From an uncultured Gammaproteobacteria bacterium (GTDB lineage: Bacteria > Patescibacteriota > Microgenomatia > UBA10105 > UBA927), in assembly GCA_964629685.1 (NCBI GenBank), contig CAZVTT010000001.1, positions 705,319 through 769,318 on the forward strand: a DNA stretch of 64,000 nt, read 5' to 3'. The notes under the pieces are model-generated. The model saw nothing but the letters and a program-made list of their open reading frames with translations, did not search any database and was not told the origin of the DNA. Positions 46,670-56,901 of the stretch are shown here, piece by piece; positions within the stretch are counted from its first letter, which is position 1, and every line of letters starts with the position of its first letter. A program made the position numbers and the translations under genes.

Positions 46670-47827
46670 ATGAAGGCTAGACAATACATGCCGCTCATTC
46701 TTCTCGCCGGTCATGGTATCGGTGCGCTGGCGTTGCTATTCTATTCCTTTACCCAAATAGATTTGGCGTTAACTCTATCCCGCGCCAATGTGGTCCAAGC
46801 AGTACAACGGCAGTTTCAGTACATCGGATTTTTTAACCGGCCGCTTTCTACGGTATTGTATCTCGGTATTCTGATATGGCTGTTTGTTTGGTATGTATTT
46901 ACTGTGTGGGCAACAGTGAAACAGCGGCTGTCTGCCGGCCAGATTTGGCGACTGGTGGGGGCGGTTACTTTTTTACTGGTGTTTTCGTATCCGGCATTTT
47001 CTTATGACATTTTTAATTACATGTTTTCTGCAAAAACGGTCGTGTTTTATCACAAAAATCCGTATGTGGTAATTCCGCTGGAATTTACCGGTTATGAGCC
47101 GTGGTTGAGTTTCATGCGGTGGACACATCTTCCCACCGCGTACACACCGTTGTGGATTCTGTTAACGTTGCCGTTTTATGTGTTGGGTTTGGGTACGTTT
47201 ATCCTGACGTTGTGGAGTTTTAAAATTCTGGCTGCGTTATTCTACTTGGGAACGGTATTGGGAATAAAACGATTCCTTGATCGTGCTGCGCCCAAATATG
47301 CACTGACGGGAATGATCGTCTTTGCGCTAAATCCTCTCGTTTTGGTGGAAAGTCTGGTAAGTGCCCACAACGACATCGTGATGATGTGTTTGGCGGTATG
47401 GGGATTAGTGTTGTTGCAGGAACGTAAACGGTTTTCCGGATTATTAGTGGTTTCGCTTTCCGTGGCGATGAAACTAATGACCGTATTTTTGTTACCGGTA
47501 TTTGTATTGAAGTGGAAACGCTGGATGTTATTGATGCTTATGTTTACCGGATTTGTGTTAGTTCAATTTCAGCGCAGCGTACTGCCGTGGTATTTTTTAT
47601 GGGTAATCCCATTTGTGGCATTGTTGCCGGAATCCGTTCCGGTATTTATTGTTTCCTTGGGGTTTTCCATCGGTTTACTATTACGGTATGCCGCCCCCAT
47701 TTATTACGGGAATTGGAATGCTCCCGTACCGACGATCGAACTGTGGGTTACCTGGATTCCGGTGGGGATAGCGGTATTGTTGGCTGCTGTCTGGTTCATA
47801 ATTCAGAAATTTCGGTTAGCGAAATAA
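46670..47827 (+). CDS. MptA/MptB-like polyprenol-phosphomannose-dependent GT-C transferase
   Basis: SYDIFNY, NPY, YTPLW, NPLVLVE...HND, K and PWY. Confidence 0.75.
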   Translation: MKARQYMPLILLAGHGIGALALLFYSFTQIDLALTLSRANVVQAVQRQFQYIGFFNRPLSTVLYLGILIWLFVWYVFTVWATVKQRLSAGQIWRLVGAVTFLLVFSYPAFSYDIFNYMFSAKTVVFYHKNPYVVIPLEFTGYEPWLSFMRWTHLPTAYTPLWILLTLPFYVLGLGTFILTLWSFKILAALFYLGTVLGIKRFLDRAAPKYALTGMIVFALNPLVLVESLVSAHNDIVMMCLAVWGLVLLQERKRFSGLLVVSLSVAMKLMTVFLLPVFVLKWKRWMLLMLMFTGFVLVQFQRSVLPWYFLWVIPFVALLPESVPVFIVSLGFSIGLLLRYAAPIYYGNWNAPVPTIELWVTWIPVGIAVLLAAVWFIIQKFRLAK

Positions 47828-47836
47828 GTTCACGCA

Positions 47837-47863
47837 ATCACTCCCGGTGCACGCGGGAGTGAT
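47837..47863. terminator. Perfect 10-bp hairpin between convergent genes
   Basis: ATCACTCCCG-gtgcacg-CGGGAGTGAT, with no U tract on either strand. Confidence 0.65.
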
Positions 47864-47880
47864 GTACGATCGGCATTCGG

Positions 47881-48396
47881 TTACTGTGTTTCGGTCGGTG
47901 CGTCGGGTGGACCGCCTGCTCCGCGAAATCCACCATGCCCTTTCATGCCCATTCCTCCCATAAGATACTTTACGTCTATACCGTTTTGAGATGCCCAGGT
48001 CTCAAGTTCGGTCCGTTTGGTTTCCATAGCTGTCTTGCGTTCTGCAGCGGTTTTACCCTGCATGGTTTGCCTTTCGGTCTGACGGTTTGCCTGCATTTCC
48101 TTATGTTTTGTGATGATGAGCTGTTTTTGTGCTTCGGTTATTTTCCCTTCCGTAACATATTGGGTTAACTGTGTTTCATATTTTGCCTCCATTTCAGCTT
48201 GACGCTCGGTACGTTCCTGGTCAAATACGGCCTGGACGTCGCTCTTGTTCAATCCGAATTTATCGGCAATTTTTTGAACGATGGACGACATCGGGTCGGA
48301 TGAGGGTGTACTTTGCGCAAATACTTTTCCGGAGGTAAATAATCCTGCTCCGGCAAGAGTGATTGCCAAAGCTGTGATGGCTAATTGTTTTTTCAT
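47881..48396 (-). CDS. Secreted helical hypothetical protein (Spy/CpxP- or DUF2680-like architecture)
   Basis: Start ATG 48396 with AAAGGAGGTGA SD, signal peptide VFA/Q, EGKITEAQ and a G/M-rich tail. Confidence 0.75.
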   Translation of the reverse strand: MKKQLAITALAITLAGAGLFTSGKVFAQSTPSSDPMSSIVQKIADKFGLNKSDVQAVFDQERTERQAEMEAKYETQLTQYVTEGKITEAQKQLIITKHKEMQANRQTERQTMQGKTAAERKTAMETKRTELETWASQNGIDVKYLMGGMGMKGHGGFRGAGGPPDAPTETQ

Positions 48397-48429
48397 GTAT
48401 TTCACCTCCTTTCCGATTACCATGAGCCC

Positions 48430-48462
48430 ATCATAAAACGGTAAACTGAATTTTTGCTTAAT
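48430..48462 (-). promoter_or_regulatory. ATTAAG-N5-ATTCAG repeat 10 bp upstream of TATGAT -10
   Basis: 11-bp-period repeat in place of a -35, geometry as in OmpR-family (CiaR/PhoB)-activated promoters. Confidence 0.45.
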
Positions 48463-48486
48463 CATTAACCTTGCGCACTTGTCAGT

Positions 48487-48516
48487 TTGCTGTATTGCTG
48501 CAGACTCACGTATAAT
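48487..48516 (+). promoter_or_regulatory. Promoter TTGCTG-N18-TATAAT, probably giving a leaderless mRNA
   Basis: TATAAT at 48511-48516 ends 7 nt before ATG 48524. Confidence 0.6.
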
Positions 48517-48523
48517 TGGCGGT

Positions 48524-50044
48524 ATGAAACTCAATCTCCGGAAACATTTTTCCGATACGGTAATTACGGGTGGACTTTCGCTATTTTACGCGGTTACCCG
48601 TTTAACTAATTTAACAGGATTACCTATTTTTACCGATGAAGCAATCTATATTCGCTGGTCACAAATAGGCGCCAGTGACGCAAATTGGCGTTTTATTTCG
48701 CTGACGGACGGGAAACAGCCTTTGTTTACCTGGATTATGATGGGGTTATTAAAAATAATTCCCGATCCGTTGTTTGCTGGAAGAATGGTATCAGTGCTTG
48801 CGGGAGCGGCCAGTTGCATTGGTTTGTGGATATTGGTAAAAGAATTGTTTAAAAATAAGAAAATTGCGTACATTACCGTAGCACTGTATTTAATTTCTCC
48901 CTTCTCTACCGTTTATGACCGTATGGCGCTTTACGATTCGTTGTCTGCGGCATTTGCTATCTGGAATTTATATTTGGCTGTTCGCTTGGTGCGTAATCCG
49001 CGTCTGGATTTAGCGCTCATATTCGGGATGGCATTGGGTGCCGGTATGTTAAATAAAACTTCTGGTTTTTTGAGTTTGTATCTCTTGCCGTTAACCCTGC
49101 TCTTATTTGACTGGAAATCCAAAAAATTGCAGTCACGGCTGCTTCAGTGGGGTATTTTTGTGGTGATAGCTGCAGGAATATCTCAGGCTATGTACGGCGT
49201 ACTTAGGTTATCGCCGTTTTTTCATATGATCGGTCAGAAAGATGCCGTTTTCGTATATCCGTTGCGTGAATGGCTTACCCATCCCTTTTTATTTTTCCGC
49301 GGGAATATGAATGGTTTATTTGATTGGGCAATTTCATATTTATCATGGCCGGTATTTCTAATCGCTTTGGTACCGTTATTCTGGCCGAGACAATGGCTGC
49401 GGGAAAAATTATTGTTATACGGTATGTGGCTGGCTCCCTTATGTGCTCTGGGTTTATTCGGTAGAATTCTTTATCCCCGGTATATTCTGTTTATGATAAT
49501 GCCTTTATTCGTATTGGCGGCAATGACTGTATATGAAATACTTAGAAAATACGGAAGGCAGGTTATCGGTATTGTGGCACTATTTATTATAGTAGCGCCC
49601 AGTATCTCCACATCGTATGTTTTCATTACCAATCCCAGATATGCGCCTATTCCTTTTGCCGATAGGGGACAATTCATTGACGATTGGCCTTCAGGTTGGG
49701 GCGTAGCGGAAGTAAATGAATATCTGCGGAAAGAAGCAGAAAAAGGGCATATAAGCGTATTTACGGAAGGGACGTTTGGTTTAATGCCGTATTCCGTAGA
49801 AATCGCTTTGGTTACAAATCCGAATGTAACCATAAAAGGAATTTGGCCGCTACCGGAAGAACTGCCGGCGGAAGTTATGGAAAAGGTAAAATCTGAACCA
49901 ATATACATGATACTCAATGAAACTCAGGAAGCGCCTCCGGCATGGCATATGGAGTTGCTCGCGACATACCAGAAAGGAACCCGTCAGGATCGTGCACTTA
50001 GATTATTCCGAGTGCATCTCCCGGTAGCCACCCGGTATGAGTAA
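48524..50044 (+). CDS. PMT_2/GT39-like GT-C glycosyltransferase
   Basis: TRL...PIFTDEAIY, DGKQPLF, GRMVS, YDRMALYD and YPRY. Start ATG 48524. Confidence 0.85.
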   Translation: MKLNLRKHFSDTVITGGLSLFYAVTRLTNLTGLPIFTDEAIYIRWSQIGASDANWRFISLTDGKQPLFTWIMMGLLKIIPDPLFAGRMVSVLAGAASCIGLWILVKELFKNKKIAYITVALYLISPFSTVYDRMALYDSLSAAFAIWNLYLAVRLVRNPRLDLALIFGMALGAGMLNKTSGFLSLYLLPLTLLLFDWKSKKLQSRLLQWGIFVVIAAGISQAMYGVLRLSPFFHMIGQKDAVFVYPLREWLTHPFLFFRGNMNGLFDWAISYLSWPVFLIALVPLFWPRQWLREKLLLYGMWLAPLCALGLFGRILYPRYILFMIMPLFVLAAMTVYEILRKYGRQVIGIVALFIIVAPSISTSYVFITNPRYAPIPFADRGQFIDDWPSGWGVAEVNEYLRKEAEKGHISVFTEGTFGLMPYSVEIALVTNPNVTIKGIWPLPEELPAEVMEKVKSEPIYMILNETQEAPPAWHMELLATYQKGTRQDRALRLFRVHLPVATRYE

Positions 50045-51593
50045 AATAAAAGCGTATCAGTGGTTGGGCGTTATAATTGTTTTACTGGCAGCTTTCGTTG
50101 TCCTTTCCCCGTTAATTAAACCGGGTTTTTTTATTACCGATGACGGTGACTGGATGGTGATCCGGTTAAGTGCGTTCTACCAAAGCTTACGGGAAGGTCA
50201 ATTTCCTGTTCGGTTTTTAGGGCGTCTCAACAGTAGTTACGGATATCCGGTCGCTAATTTCTTATATCCGGGATATCTGTATTTGGGATCGGTAATACAC
50301 GCGGTCGGAATTTCGTATGTGGATTCGGTTAAATTAATTTTTTTCGGATCTGTCGTTATAGGTAGTTTTGGCAGTTTTTTTTGGCTACGGCGCCGTTTCG
50401 GACCGTTAACCAGCACGGTAGGGGCAATAGGGTATGCCTGGTCTCCGTATTTGTTATTTGATATTTATAAAAGGGGTTCCGTGGGGGAAGTGTTGGCAAT
50501 GGGGATAGTGCCTTTAGCTCTGTGGGCTATGGAAACGGAACGCCGCGTATTATTTGCTGTATTTATAGCCGCGATAATAGTCAGTCATAATTCGCTTGCA
50601 GCATTATTCGTATCACTGTTGCTGATCCTGGTGCTGCTTAGGCAGCAGTGGAAGTTTTTGCCGTTTATTGTGAGCGGCCTGTGTATGTCCGCATTTTTTT
50701 GGTTTCCTGCATTATTTGAACAGCGGTATGTTATTTTTTCCCGGATTACCGTATCAGATCCGAATCAATATTTTGTTCCGCCTGCCCTGTTGGTGCAGTT
50801 GGGGGTGGTATATGTAGGAGCGTTTATTCTGGCTGCTAAACGTAACTTCGGAAAAGTGGGAAGTCGTTTGTATTTAGTAAGTTTTATTATTGCACTTATT
50901 TTGGCTACACCCCTTTCACTTATGGTCTGGAAATTGCGCATTTTTGCCCAGGTGTTTCAGTTTCCGTATCGGTTTCTATCATTGGTAACCGTATTGGGAC
51001 CATGGGTATTAGGGTTAGCTATGGAAGAGTTTTCCCAGAAATACCGGTGGTTGGTGGCAGTCATAGTGTGCTTCTTACTATTTTACCCGGCGTATCAAAA
51101 CCAGCATCGGATACAGATGGTAGATAGACCGGATGGATATTATTCAACCAATGAAGCGACAACTACCGTGGCAGATGAATATTTACCTATCTGGGCCAGA
51201 GTCAGGTCAGATAGTCGTGCCTACACTCGGATTCAGAGTTTTCAGGGTGATGCACAGATAGAAATTAAACAGGCAACTACGCAACGGGTTGATGCCGTAA
51301 TTCTTGCTAAAGAGCCAAGCACTATTCAGATAAACACATTGTACTATCCCGGGTGGGGTGTCATGCTGAACGGTGTACCCGTAAAGCCGGATGCCAGTAA
51401 TGAATTTGGTGTAATGCGGATACGGGTTCCCGCCGGTACTCATAGAATTTACGCGGAGTTTAGGGAAACCGTGTTACGGTTCTGTGCGGATATGGTTTCA
51501 CTTTTTGCGTTTGTAATTACTTTAGGATATCCCTTTTTTCGATCACGTATGATGAAAAATATGCTAACGGTGCGGAAAAAAGCTAAAAAATGA
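50037..51593 (+). CDS. PTPS-related/YfhO-like GT-C membrane protein (paralog 1)
   Basis: DDG...RL, GQFPVRF, YGYPVANF, RGSVGE, SH, SAFFWFP, QFPYRF, EYLP and YYPGW. Confidence 0.8.
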   Translation: MSKIKAYQWLGVIIVLLAAFVVLSPLIKPGFFITDDGDWMVIRLSAFYQSLREGQFPVRFLGRLNSSYGYPVANFLYPGYLYLGSVIHAVGISYVDSVKLIFFGSVVIGSFGSFFWLRRRFGPLTSTVGAIGYAWSPYLLFDIYKRGSVGEVLAMGIVPLALWAMETERRVLFAVFIAAIIVSHNSLAALFVSLLLILVLLRQQWKFLPFIVSGLCMSAFFWFPALFEQRYVIFSRITVSDPNQYFVPPALLVQLGVVYVGAFILAAKRNFGKVGSRLYLVSFIIALILATPLSLMVWKLRIFAQVFQFPYRFLSLVTVLGPWVLGLAMEEFSQKYRWLVAVIVCFLLFYPAYQNQHRIQMVDRPDGYYSTNEATTTVADEYLPIWARVRSDSRAYTRIQSFQGDAQIEIKQATTQRVDAVILAKEPSTIQINTLYYPGWGVMLNGVPVKPDASNEFGVMRIRVPAGTHRIYAEFRETVLRFCADMVSLFAFVITLGYPFFRSRMMKNMLTVRKKAKK

Positions 51594-53254
51594 AACGCCA
51601 AATTGTTGCTTATGTTTTGGTATTGCTGGCAGCGGTGTTAAGTGTCCGGATGTTGTTCCAACCCGGATTTTATCCAATGCATGACGATACACAGATAGCC
51701 CGCGTTGTTACCATGGGACATGCGTTACTCCGCGGGCAATTCCCGGTGCGATGGGTTTCGGATTTGGGATACGGATATGGTTACCCCATCTATAATTTTT
51801 ACGGACCGCTTCCGTATTATATAGGCGGTGGTCTATATGCTTTGGGAATGAGCGGTATTGCAGCCGCGAAGGGAATGATTTTCATTTCTTCACTGTTATC
51901 CGCGGTGTTTATGTTTACACTGTTGCGGAGGCTGGTAGGTAACTCCGGTGCAATCGTGGGGACCGTATTTTTTCTGTTTGCACCATACCGGGCAGTGAAT
52001 ATTTTCGTACGGGGTGCGGTGGGAGAAGCGTGGGCGATTTCATTTTTTCCATTACTTCTCCTGGGATTGGTACTTACGTATGTAAAAAAGCGGCGGTTTG
52101 ACAGTAGTGTAATCGGCGGTTTAGGTCTTGCAGGTATTATTGTTTCACACACACTGCTGGGTTATGTAACTGTGCTTCTGAGCAGTGTCGGGTTAGGTAT
52201 CGTGTGGGTATACGAGGTAGTTACCAAACGGTTTGACCTGTCACGGATGATACGCCAGGCTGGCGTACTCCTTTGCGGATTACTTCTGAGTGCTTTCTTC
52301 TGGCTGCCCGCTTTTGCGGAAAAACGTTTTACGAATGTAGATAGTCAGGTAAGCTTGACTGCGGATTATCATACTCATTTTGTTTGTCCCGAGCAGTTGT
52401 GGTATTCACCCTGGGGATTCGGCGGGTCGGTAGCCGGCTGTACTGACGGAATGTCTTTTAGCCTCGGTAAGATAACACTCTTTACCGCATTGTGGGGTAT
52501 TTTGCTGACGCTGTTATTCTGGCGTAAAGTGCCCAAACGGATACAAACGTTAGCGATTGTTGGTATCGGTATTGCCGGAATTTCGGTATTTTTGACGACG
52601 TCCTGGTCCCTGATTTTCTGGGAAAATTTGCCGAATTTTGCATATTTGCAGTATCCGTGGCGGTTCCTGGGACTTACGGGATTCGGATTGTCACTAGTAG
52701 CGGGGTTGGCGGTATTGCGTATCAAAACACCATTTCGTTGGATACTTGGTGGCGTACTCGTGACTGCGATAATATTCCGAAACGGTACCTTGTTTACTCC
52801 TCAATTTCCGATACCGCAGATCAGCAGTTTCTATGAATCTCCAGCGGATATCCGTTATCGGGTATCAAAAATATCCGATGAATATCTTCCTCCCGGCATT
52901 GTTAAACCCCGTACCCCGGCGGAAGTGGTGAGGGAAACGGTTCCGGGAAATAGTAGCCTTAGCGTGGGAACGGAAATAGATACGGAAACGTATGTAAAAG
53001 CTATTTTGCTGACTAAAACGGTACAGGATATCCGAATAAACAGGGCCTACTTTCCCGGATGGGAATATAGGGTAAACGGGACTATAGTTACGCCGAAAAT
53101 TGAAAACGGACTTCCCGTTTTGACGATTCCCGGAGAAGACAGTACAATGCAAATGTTCTTCCGGGACACGCCGATTCGCCGGTTGAGTAATGTAGTAACG
53201 CTCGGCGCTATTATTATTTTACTATTTTATTATGGCAGGAAAACCATCGCTTAA
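51590..53254 (+). CDS. PTPS-related/YfhO-like GT-C membrane protein (paralog 2)
   Basis: HDD...R, GQFPVRW, GYGYPIYNFYGP, RGAVGE, SAFFWLP, QYPWRF, EYLP and YFPGW. Confidence 0.82.
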   Translation: MKRQIVAYVLVLLAAVLSVRMLFQPGFYPMHDDTQIARVVTMGHALLRGQFPVRWVSDLGYGYGYPIYNFYGPLPYYIGGGLYALGMSGIAAAKGMIFISSLLSAVFMFTLLRRLVGNSGAIVGTVFFLFAPYRAVNIFVRGAVGEAWAISFFPLLLLGLVLTYVKKRRFDSSVIGGLGLAGIIVSHTLLGYVTVLLSSVGLGIVWVYEVVTKRFDLSRMIRQAGVLLCGLLLSAFFWLPAFAEKRFTNVDSQVSLTADYHTHFVCPEQLWYSPWGFGGSVAGCTDGMSFSLGKITLFTALWGILLTLLFWRKVPKRIQTLAIVGIGIAGISVFLTTSWSLIFWENLPNFAYLQYPWRFLGLTGFGLSLVAGLAVLRIKTPFRWILGGVLVTAIIFRNGTLFTPQFPIPQISSFYESPADIRYRVSKISDEYLPPGIVKPRTPAEVVRETVPGNSSLSVGTEIDTETYVKAILLTKTVQDIRINRAYFPGWEYRVNGTIVTPKIENGLPVLTIPGEDSTMQMFFRDTPIRRLSNVVTLGAIIILLFYYGRKTIA

Positions 53255-53978
53255 TGTAGTTATTCCCGTATACAACGAAGAGAAAGAATTGGAAGATAGT
53301 GTCAGAACGCTTCATGCATATCTTAACGGTCATTTGCCGGATTTTGATTGGATTATTACCGTTGTAGATAATGCTTCAACTGACGGTACCTGGAGTATTG
53401 CCCAGAAGCTTGCCAAAAGCATAAAACAGGTAAAAGCGCATCGGTTACCGCAAAAAGGCAGGGGACGGGCAGTTAAGTACGTTTGGCAACAGCATAAAGC
53501 GGATGTAGTGGCGTATATGGATGTAGACTTATCTACAGATCTTAAGCATTTTCCGCCGTTAGTCAGATCTTTGCTGAGAGGGTATGATGTAGCCATTGGC
53601 AGTAGAAATGCCCGGGGTGCACGGGTGTACGGAAGAGGTTTACTACGGACAATTACGTCTAAAGGATATATTTTCCTGATCAAAATGTTCTTTTTTGTTC
53701 ACTTTTCTGACGCTCAGTGTGGATTTAAAGCCGTAAGCAGGAAAATAGTGGAAACGGTATTGCCTGCTATTGAAGATAATGAATGGTTTTTTGACACGGA
53801 ACTCCTTCTCCTGACAGAGAAAATGGGGTATCGTATATATGAGGAGCCCGTTACCTGGATAGATAATCCCGGCTCAACGGTTCGTGTAATGAAGACCGCC
53901 CAGGGAGACCTCGCCGGACTTTGGCGATTATTTGTCAGCCGTCCCTGGAATAGACCGCATGAACGAAATAGACATTAG
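53232..53978 (+). CDS. Dolichyl/polyprenyl-phosphate glucosyltransferase-like GT2
   Basis: VIPVYNEE, DNASTD, KGRGRA, YMDVDLSTD, DAQCGFK and WFFDTELL. Confidence 0.9.
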   Translation: MAGKPSLNVVIPVYNEEKELEDSVRTLHAYLNGHLPDFDWIITVVDNASTDGTWSIAQKLAKSIKQVKAHRLPQKGRGRAVKYVWQQHKADVVAYMDVDLSTDLKHFPPLVRSLLRGYDVAIGSRNARGARVYGRGLLRTITSKGYIFLIKMFFFVHFSDAQCGFKAVSRKIVETVLPAIEDNEWFFDTELLLLTEKMGYRIYEEPVTWIDNPGSTVRVMKTAQGDLAGLWRLFVSRPWNRPHERNRH

Positions 53979-55413
53979 TCTCATCAAGAAAAAATCGCTT
54001 TCAGGGATCGTCGCCCTTACCAAACGGACGTTTTTGTTACAAGTATTTGGTTTTGTAACGATGTTCTTTTTGGGAATTTTCCTTAACCGGCCTGACTTCG
54101 GTGTGTTTGGTGTGGTTTCCGCATTTATTAACTTTTTGGCCTACTTTTCTGATGTGGGGTTAGCCGGTGCATTGATACAGAAGAAAGAAGAGCTTACTGA
54201 AGACGATTTAGCTACTACATTTACTATACAGCAGATTTTAGTCGGCGCTCTGGTTATAGGAGCATTGGTATTTTCAGGGCCGCTAACGTCGTTCTATAAA
54301 TTAAATTCGAACGGATTGTGGCTATTTCGCGCACTACTTTTATCGTTTTTTCTCTCTTCCTTAAAAACCATTCCTTCGATAATTCTGGAACGGAAACTTG
54401 ATTTTAACCGCCTGGTTATCCCCCAGATATTGGAAACAATGGCATTTAATGCCGTTACGCTGGTGTTGGCATGGCGCGGGTTTGGTGTGGCCAGTTTTAC
54501 CTGGGGTGCGCTTTCCAGGGCAATCATAGGACTAGTTGCGATGTATGTGGTTTGCCCGTGGAAAATCAGGGTAGGAATTAACAGGGAAGTGGCAAAGCAC
54601 TTATTCCGTTTCGGAATTCCGTTTCAGTGGAATTCCATACTGGCGTTACTGAAGGATGATCTGATGTTTTTATTCCTGGGGAAAATACTTCCGCTGGGGG
54701 ATTTAGGCTTTATCGTTTGGGCGAAAAAATGGGCAGAGGTTCCACTCAGACTGGTTATGGATAATGTCGTGCGGGTAACATTTCCCGCTTTCTCACGACT
54801 GCAGCATGATGTAAAAGTATTAGGCGATACCATAGAGAAAGCTTTATTTGGTGTCTCTATGGCAGTATTTCCGCTATACGGGGGAATGCTATTCTTTATG
54901 CTGCCGTTTATTCATGTCGTACCGAAATACGAAAAATGGGAGCCGGCCATGTTCTCGTTTTATTTGATGTGTTTATCATCAATATTTGCCAGTTTGTCTA
55001 CACCGCTTACCAATGCCTTGAATGCAATAGGAAGGATTAAAACGACACTGGTACTTATGGCCATCTGGGTGGTACTAACCTGGGTGCTCACGCTCACGTT
55101 CTTACATTTCTTCGGATACAATGGATTTTCTTTGGCTTTGTTTGCTATTTCGCTGTCACTCTTTGTAGTGATTCGACTGGTAAAGCGTACCGTTAATTTC
55201 TCATTTTGGCATAGCGTACGGTTTCCTTTACTGGGATTACTTCTTCAGTCGGGATTATATGCGGTATGTCTGTCATTCGGGCCGCAATCCATGTGGTGGC
55301 TTATACCTGTGGGATGCGCGGGTGTTATACTGTACGGAGGAACCGTGTGGCATTTTGAGCGACAGCGGATTCTTCCGATACTGTCCGGTCTACGCGGCAA
55401 ATACCAGGTATGA
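53959..55413 (+). CDS. wzx: Oligosaccharide flippase (Wzx/WzxC-like)
   Basis: PDFGVFG, SDVGLAGALIQK, LERKLDF and VTFPAFSRLQ, with 12-14 TM. Start ATG 53959. Confidence 0.88.
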   Translation: MNEIDISLIKKKSLSGIVALTKRTFLLQVFGFVTMFFLGIFLNRPDFGVFGVVSAFINFLAYFSDVGLAGALIQKKEELTEDDLATTFTIQQILVGALVIGALVFSGPLTSFYKLNSNGLWLFRALLLSFFLSSLKTIPSIILERKLDFNRLVIPQILETMAFNAVTLVLAWRGFGVASFTWGALSRAIIGLVAMYVVCPWKIRVGINREVAKHLFRFGIPFQWNSILALLKDDLMFLFLGKILPLGDLGFIVWAKKWAEVPLRLVMDNVVRVTFPAFSRLQHDVKVLGDTIEKALFGVSMAVFPLYGGMLFFMLPFIHVVPKYEKWEPAMFSFYLMCLSSIFASLSTPLTNALNAIGRIKTTLVLMAIWVVLTWVLTLTFLHFFGYNGFSLALFAISLSLFVVIRLVKRTVNFSFWHSVRFPLLGLLLQSGLYAVCLSFGPQSMWWLIPVGCAGVILYGGTVWHFERQRILPILSGLRGKYQV

Positions 55414-56318
55414 GCACACTTGCAGTCGTGGTTTCCGCATGGAATGAGGAACAGCATTTAGCCGATTGTTTGGCATCTGCTCAATGGGCAGATGAACTTA
55501 TTGTAGTAGACAGTGCTTCAACGGATAAAACTCCGGAAATAGCTAAAACTTTCACTAAACACGTATATACCCAGCCGAATCAAATGATGTTGAACCTGAA
55601 TAAGAATTTCGGGTTTTCCCGGGCTACCGCTGATTGGATTCTTTCACTGGACGCTGATGAAGAACTTACGCCTGAACTTGCCCACGAAATACGTATGTGT
55701 ATGGAATCCGATACTGCAAATGGATATTGGTTACCCAGAAAAAACATTATTTTCGGTCAATGGATTAAGCATGGTTTATGGTGGCCGGATAAGCAATTAC
55801 GGCTGTTCCGGCGCGGAAAAGGAAAATTTCCCTGTAAGCATATACATGAATATATTGCCGTAGACGGGACTGTAGCTGAAATCAAGGAACCGTTCGTGCA
55901 TTATAACTACCGGTACATATCTCAATTTATCCGGAAAATGGATCAAATATATACGGAGAGCGAAGTGACTCAATATTTGGAAAAACACAAACAACTTCAT
56001 TGGCATGATGCCATCCGTATGCCCGTCGGAGACTTTGTGAAAATTTACTTTATGCTGGAAGGGTATAAAGACGGATTGCATGGGTTGGTACTCAGTATTC
56101 TTCAGGCTTTTTACGCATTTGTAATTTTTGCGAAAGCCTGGGAAAAACGGGGGTTCCCCTCACAGGATATTCCGTTAAATTCCGTGAACGCGGCGTTGTC
56201 TACTTCATTATCGGAAATTAAATATTGGCAGCTGACGGCCGCGATAAAACACAGCCGTTCTGTGTTCTCCCGGTTGTGGCTAAAGGTACAACGGAAATAT
56301 GTCACCCAAACTGAGTGA
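55410..56318 (+). CDS. GT2 (beta-1,4-glucosyltransferase/WaaE-like)
   Basis: NEE, WADELIVVD, DWILSLDADE, WPDKQLRLFR, IHE and GYKDGLHG. Confidence 0.9.
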   Translation: MSTLAVVVSAWNEEQHLADCLASAQWADELIVVDSASTDKTPEIAKTFTKHVYTQPNQMMLNLNKNFGFSRATADWILSLDADEELTPELAHEIRMCMESDTANGYWLPRKNIIFGQWIKHGLWWPDKQLRLFRRGKGKFPCKHIHEYIAVDGTVAEIKEPFVHYNYRYISQFIRKMDQIYTESEVTQYLEKHKQLHWHDAIRMPVGDFVKIYFMLEGYKDGLHGLVLSILQAFYAFVIFAKAWEKRGFPSQDIPLNSVNAALSTSLSEIKYWQLTAAIKHSRSVFSRLWLKVQRKYVTQTE

Positions 56319-56898
56319 CGTGTTATTGCCGCCACTCATATTATTTTTATCGTTTAATGTCCTGATACTTAATCTGGTAGTTTTTTCCCGCCATGCGGAA
56401 CAAGCTGCCGTTACCGTGGAATCCGTTACACCAACGGTAACTCCTTCGGCCTCACTCACTCCCACAGCCAGTCCTTCTCCTACGGCTATACCGCTTCCGG
56501 TAACAAAATTAAGCATTACCCCTACCGGTATTCCCGGTGTAAAGGAAATATATATTCCGTTGGGGACTGGTAGGACGACGAATAATGAATGGGAAGAACT
56601 TCCCGCAACGGAAGTAGCGGTAAATACAGCCAATTACCCGATAATATCCAAAGTGTATTTTGAAGTATTTATGCATATTACGACCGGAAACGGAACGATG
56701 CAGGCTAAACTGTATAATAGTACGGATCGTCATGACGTTTGGTTTAGTGAAGTATCTATGACCGGCGATCGTGTCACCCGTCTCGAAGTGCCGATATCTT
56801 TAGATGCCGGGAATAAGCGATATAAAGTTATGGTTAAATCATCATTAAAAGCCGAGGCGGTAGTGGATAATGCGCGAATTAAGATTCAGTTCAAGTAA
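56299..56898 (+). CDS. Membrane-anchored hypothetical protein with PT-rich linker and beta domain
   Basis: N-terminal TM, VTPTVTPSASLTPTASPSPT and EIYIPLGTG. Confidence 0.75.
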   Translation: MSPKLSDVLLPPLILFLSFNVLILNLVVFSRHAEQAAVTVESVTPTVTPSASLTPTASPSPTAIPLPVTKLSITPTGIPGVKEIYIPLGTGRTTNNEWEELPATEVAVNTANYPIISKVYFEVFMHITTGNGTMQAKLYNSTDRHDVWFSEVSMTGDRVTRLEVPISLDAGNKRYKVMVKSSLKAEAVVDNARIKIQFK

Positions 56899-56901
56899 AG
56901 T

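Noticed and set aside
50037-53254. Pterin/queuosine biosynthesis implied by the PTPS-related label
   Set aside because: These are polytopic YfhO/GT-C-like membrane proteins with no T-fold PTPS motifs.
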